The notes under the pieces were generated by a model. The model searched no databases and was not told the origin of the DNA. It was given only the letters and a program-made list of their open reading frames with translations. This document shows, piece after piece, positions 34,864-36,087 of a stretch of 36,087 bases of DNA. The position numbers and the translations under genes are program-made. Within the stretch, counting starts at the first letter, position 1. Every line of letters begins with the position of its first letter. Source of the stretch: a virus (taxonomy: Duplodnaviria > Caudoviricetes); IMG/VR virus record IMGVR_UViG_3300009529_000025, positions 1-36,087 of that record. One strand, given 5' to 3'.

Positions 34864-36087
34864 CTAGTCAATTTGAGTCCAAGTAGTACCGTCCAGAGCG
34901 AGGATGTAAATGCCGTCCCCACTGGCATCACCCGAATCCGTGAATTTACAAATCGTGCCCGGCGTCGCTGCTGCTTGCGGCGTCTCGGCGTTGGCGGATT
35001 CCTCTTTGTAGCCAACGACTACGAGATTCGCTGCATCATCCTCGCCTCGCATGTGCAGGCCGGAGTGTCCCGCGAGTCCGCCCGCGTCAGCGGCCCAGAG
35101 TTGTACGGCATTGGCCAATGAAGCCGATGCCGCAGTACCGTTACCAATACCGATTCCGCCAGCTAGATTCGTGCCTGTGAAGGATGCGAGATTGACCGCA
35201 AGAGACCCATCAAACCGGCAGTTGCCCGCGTCCACCCAGAGAGCCCACGGGTTGGTGATGGTTTGGTTGGCTCCGGCTGTCGGGGCAGACTCTATCCACA
35301 CAGTAGCAGAGTCGGTTGTCGTCACGTTGGCGTTAGCCGCAGCAAGCGTCGGTGTCTTAAATCCATATAAATGTGTATGTGTCGCTGTGCCAGATCCCGC
35401 CGTGCTACTATCAGTGTATGTCGTGCCGAGAACTCGGAATAATGCTCCCTGTGCAGTTGCTGCACCACTAATGTTCGCAGCCATTCGTGCACAATGAGCA
35501 CCACTAGAGACGAAATCAAGCAATCCAGCTCCGTTGCTTCCAATCCCCGTGGTAGTAGATCCGGAAGCGGGACACAGCGTCGGCACAGTCGCACTCGCCG
35601 CCACGTTCTGCAGCGCCCAAGAGCCCGCAGTACCGCCCGTTACGTCGCCGTCGTTGGCGATGGACATGGCCAGCGCACCAGCCGTCGCGATACCCAGATT
35701 GTTGTCGGAGATCTCGTAGAGGCCCGTGTTGCCGTCGCCGAACGCCAGCGTAGGTGTCGCGGCGTCGTTGGAAATCGGAAGAATCAACTGAGTCGTCACA
35801 ACACCAGCACCGATCGTCACCGCCGTTGCCGACACACGGAAAATCGAGTTCGCGGCGTACTGCAGGTCACACAAGTAAACAGCGTCCCACCCTGTCACAT
35901 CCGTTGCGGTCAGGTCGAACTTGATGCCGGTGAACAGGTCACTGCCGCCAGCAGCCCCAGCGTCATTGAGCGTCGCGGTGATACTCACAGGCCCATCATC
36001 CGTGCCGCCAGCAGTCCACGTGCCACCCGCCAACGTCAATCGACTACCGCCAGTGCCGTTGCCAGCGAACGTTGCGAAGACAGTACC
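34864..36087 (-). CDS. Tail fibre/adhesin-like virion protein (partial, starts outside the window)
   Basis: The frame is open to the window edge. G/A/T-rich, with repeated 'A.PTL.F.D.NTG.Y....L...T.G' fibre-type motifs. Confidence 0.7.
   Translation of the reverse strand, partial: GTVFATFAGNGTGGSRLTLAGGTWTAGGTDDGPVSITATLNDAGAAGGSDLFTGIKFDLTATDVTGWDAVYLCDLQYAANSIFRVSATAVTIGAGVVTTQLILPISNDAATPTLAFGDGNTGLYEISDNNLGIATAGALAMSIANDGDVTGGTAGSWALQNVAASATVPTLCPASGSTTTGIGSNGAGLLDFVSSGAHCARMAANISGAATAQGALFRVLGTTYTDSSTAGSGTATHTHLYGFKTPTLAAANANVTTTDSATVWIESAPTAGANQTITNPWALWVDAGNCRFDGSLAVNLASFTGTNLAGGIGIGNGTAASASLANAVQLWAADAGGLAGHSGLHMRGEDDAANLVVVGYKEESANAETPQAAATPGTICKFTDSGDASGDGIYILALDGTTWTQID

Noticed and set aside
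1-36087. tRNA genes, integrase/transposase, terminase, lysis genes, DGR or retron components
   Set aside because: I could not recognise motifs for any of these in the window. Intergenic gaps are short and are explained by terminators and promoters.

Overview
A 36 kb segment of a tailed dsDNA phage or prophage genome (siphovirus-like). Essentially every real gene is on the minus strand and many are joined by ATGA/GTGA overlaps. In transcription order (right to left) it holds: a truncated fibre-like protein and two signal-peptide proteins; head-tail connector and head-closure-like genes placed upstream of the portal; portal, MuF-like minor head protein, prohead protease and HK97-fold major capsid protein; tail completion and tail tube genes, tail assembly chaperones joined by a GGGAAAT -1 frameshift site, and the tape measure protein. 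Next comes a ~10 kb glycan-modification cluster (Maf/GT29-like transferase, cupin, three DxD glycosyltransferases, four SAM methyltransferases, two sulfotransferase-like proteins, CMP-Kdo synthetase KdsB, plus ThyX). A separately promoted unit follows, with a sigma70-like factor and a pentapeptide-repeat protein. The most notable pattern is three virion-module proteins with long poly-Ser tracts (two end in SSSWTT) next to enzymes that could activate and transfer an ulosonic acid. My hypothesis is a phage-encoded mucin-like virion O-glycosylation system. Features missed by the ORF track: the true pentapeptide-repeat frame (1-573), a 58 aa ORF, an amber-interrupted 4Fe-4S gene (6996-7343), two promoter-leader-terminator units and a probable non-ATG start for the tape measure gene. 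All family calls come from motif recognition by eye; no database searches were run.
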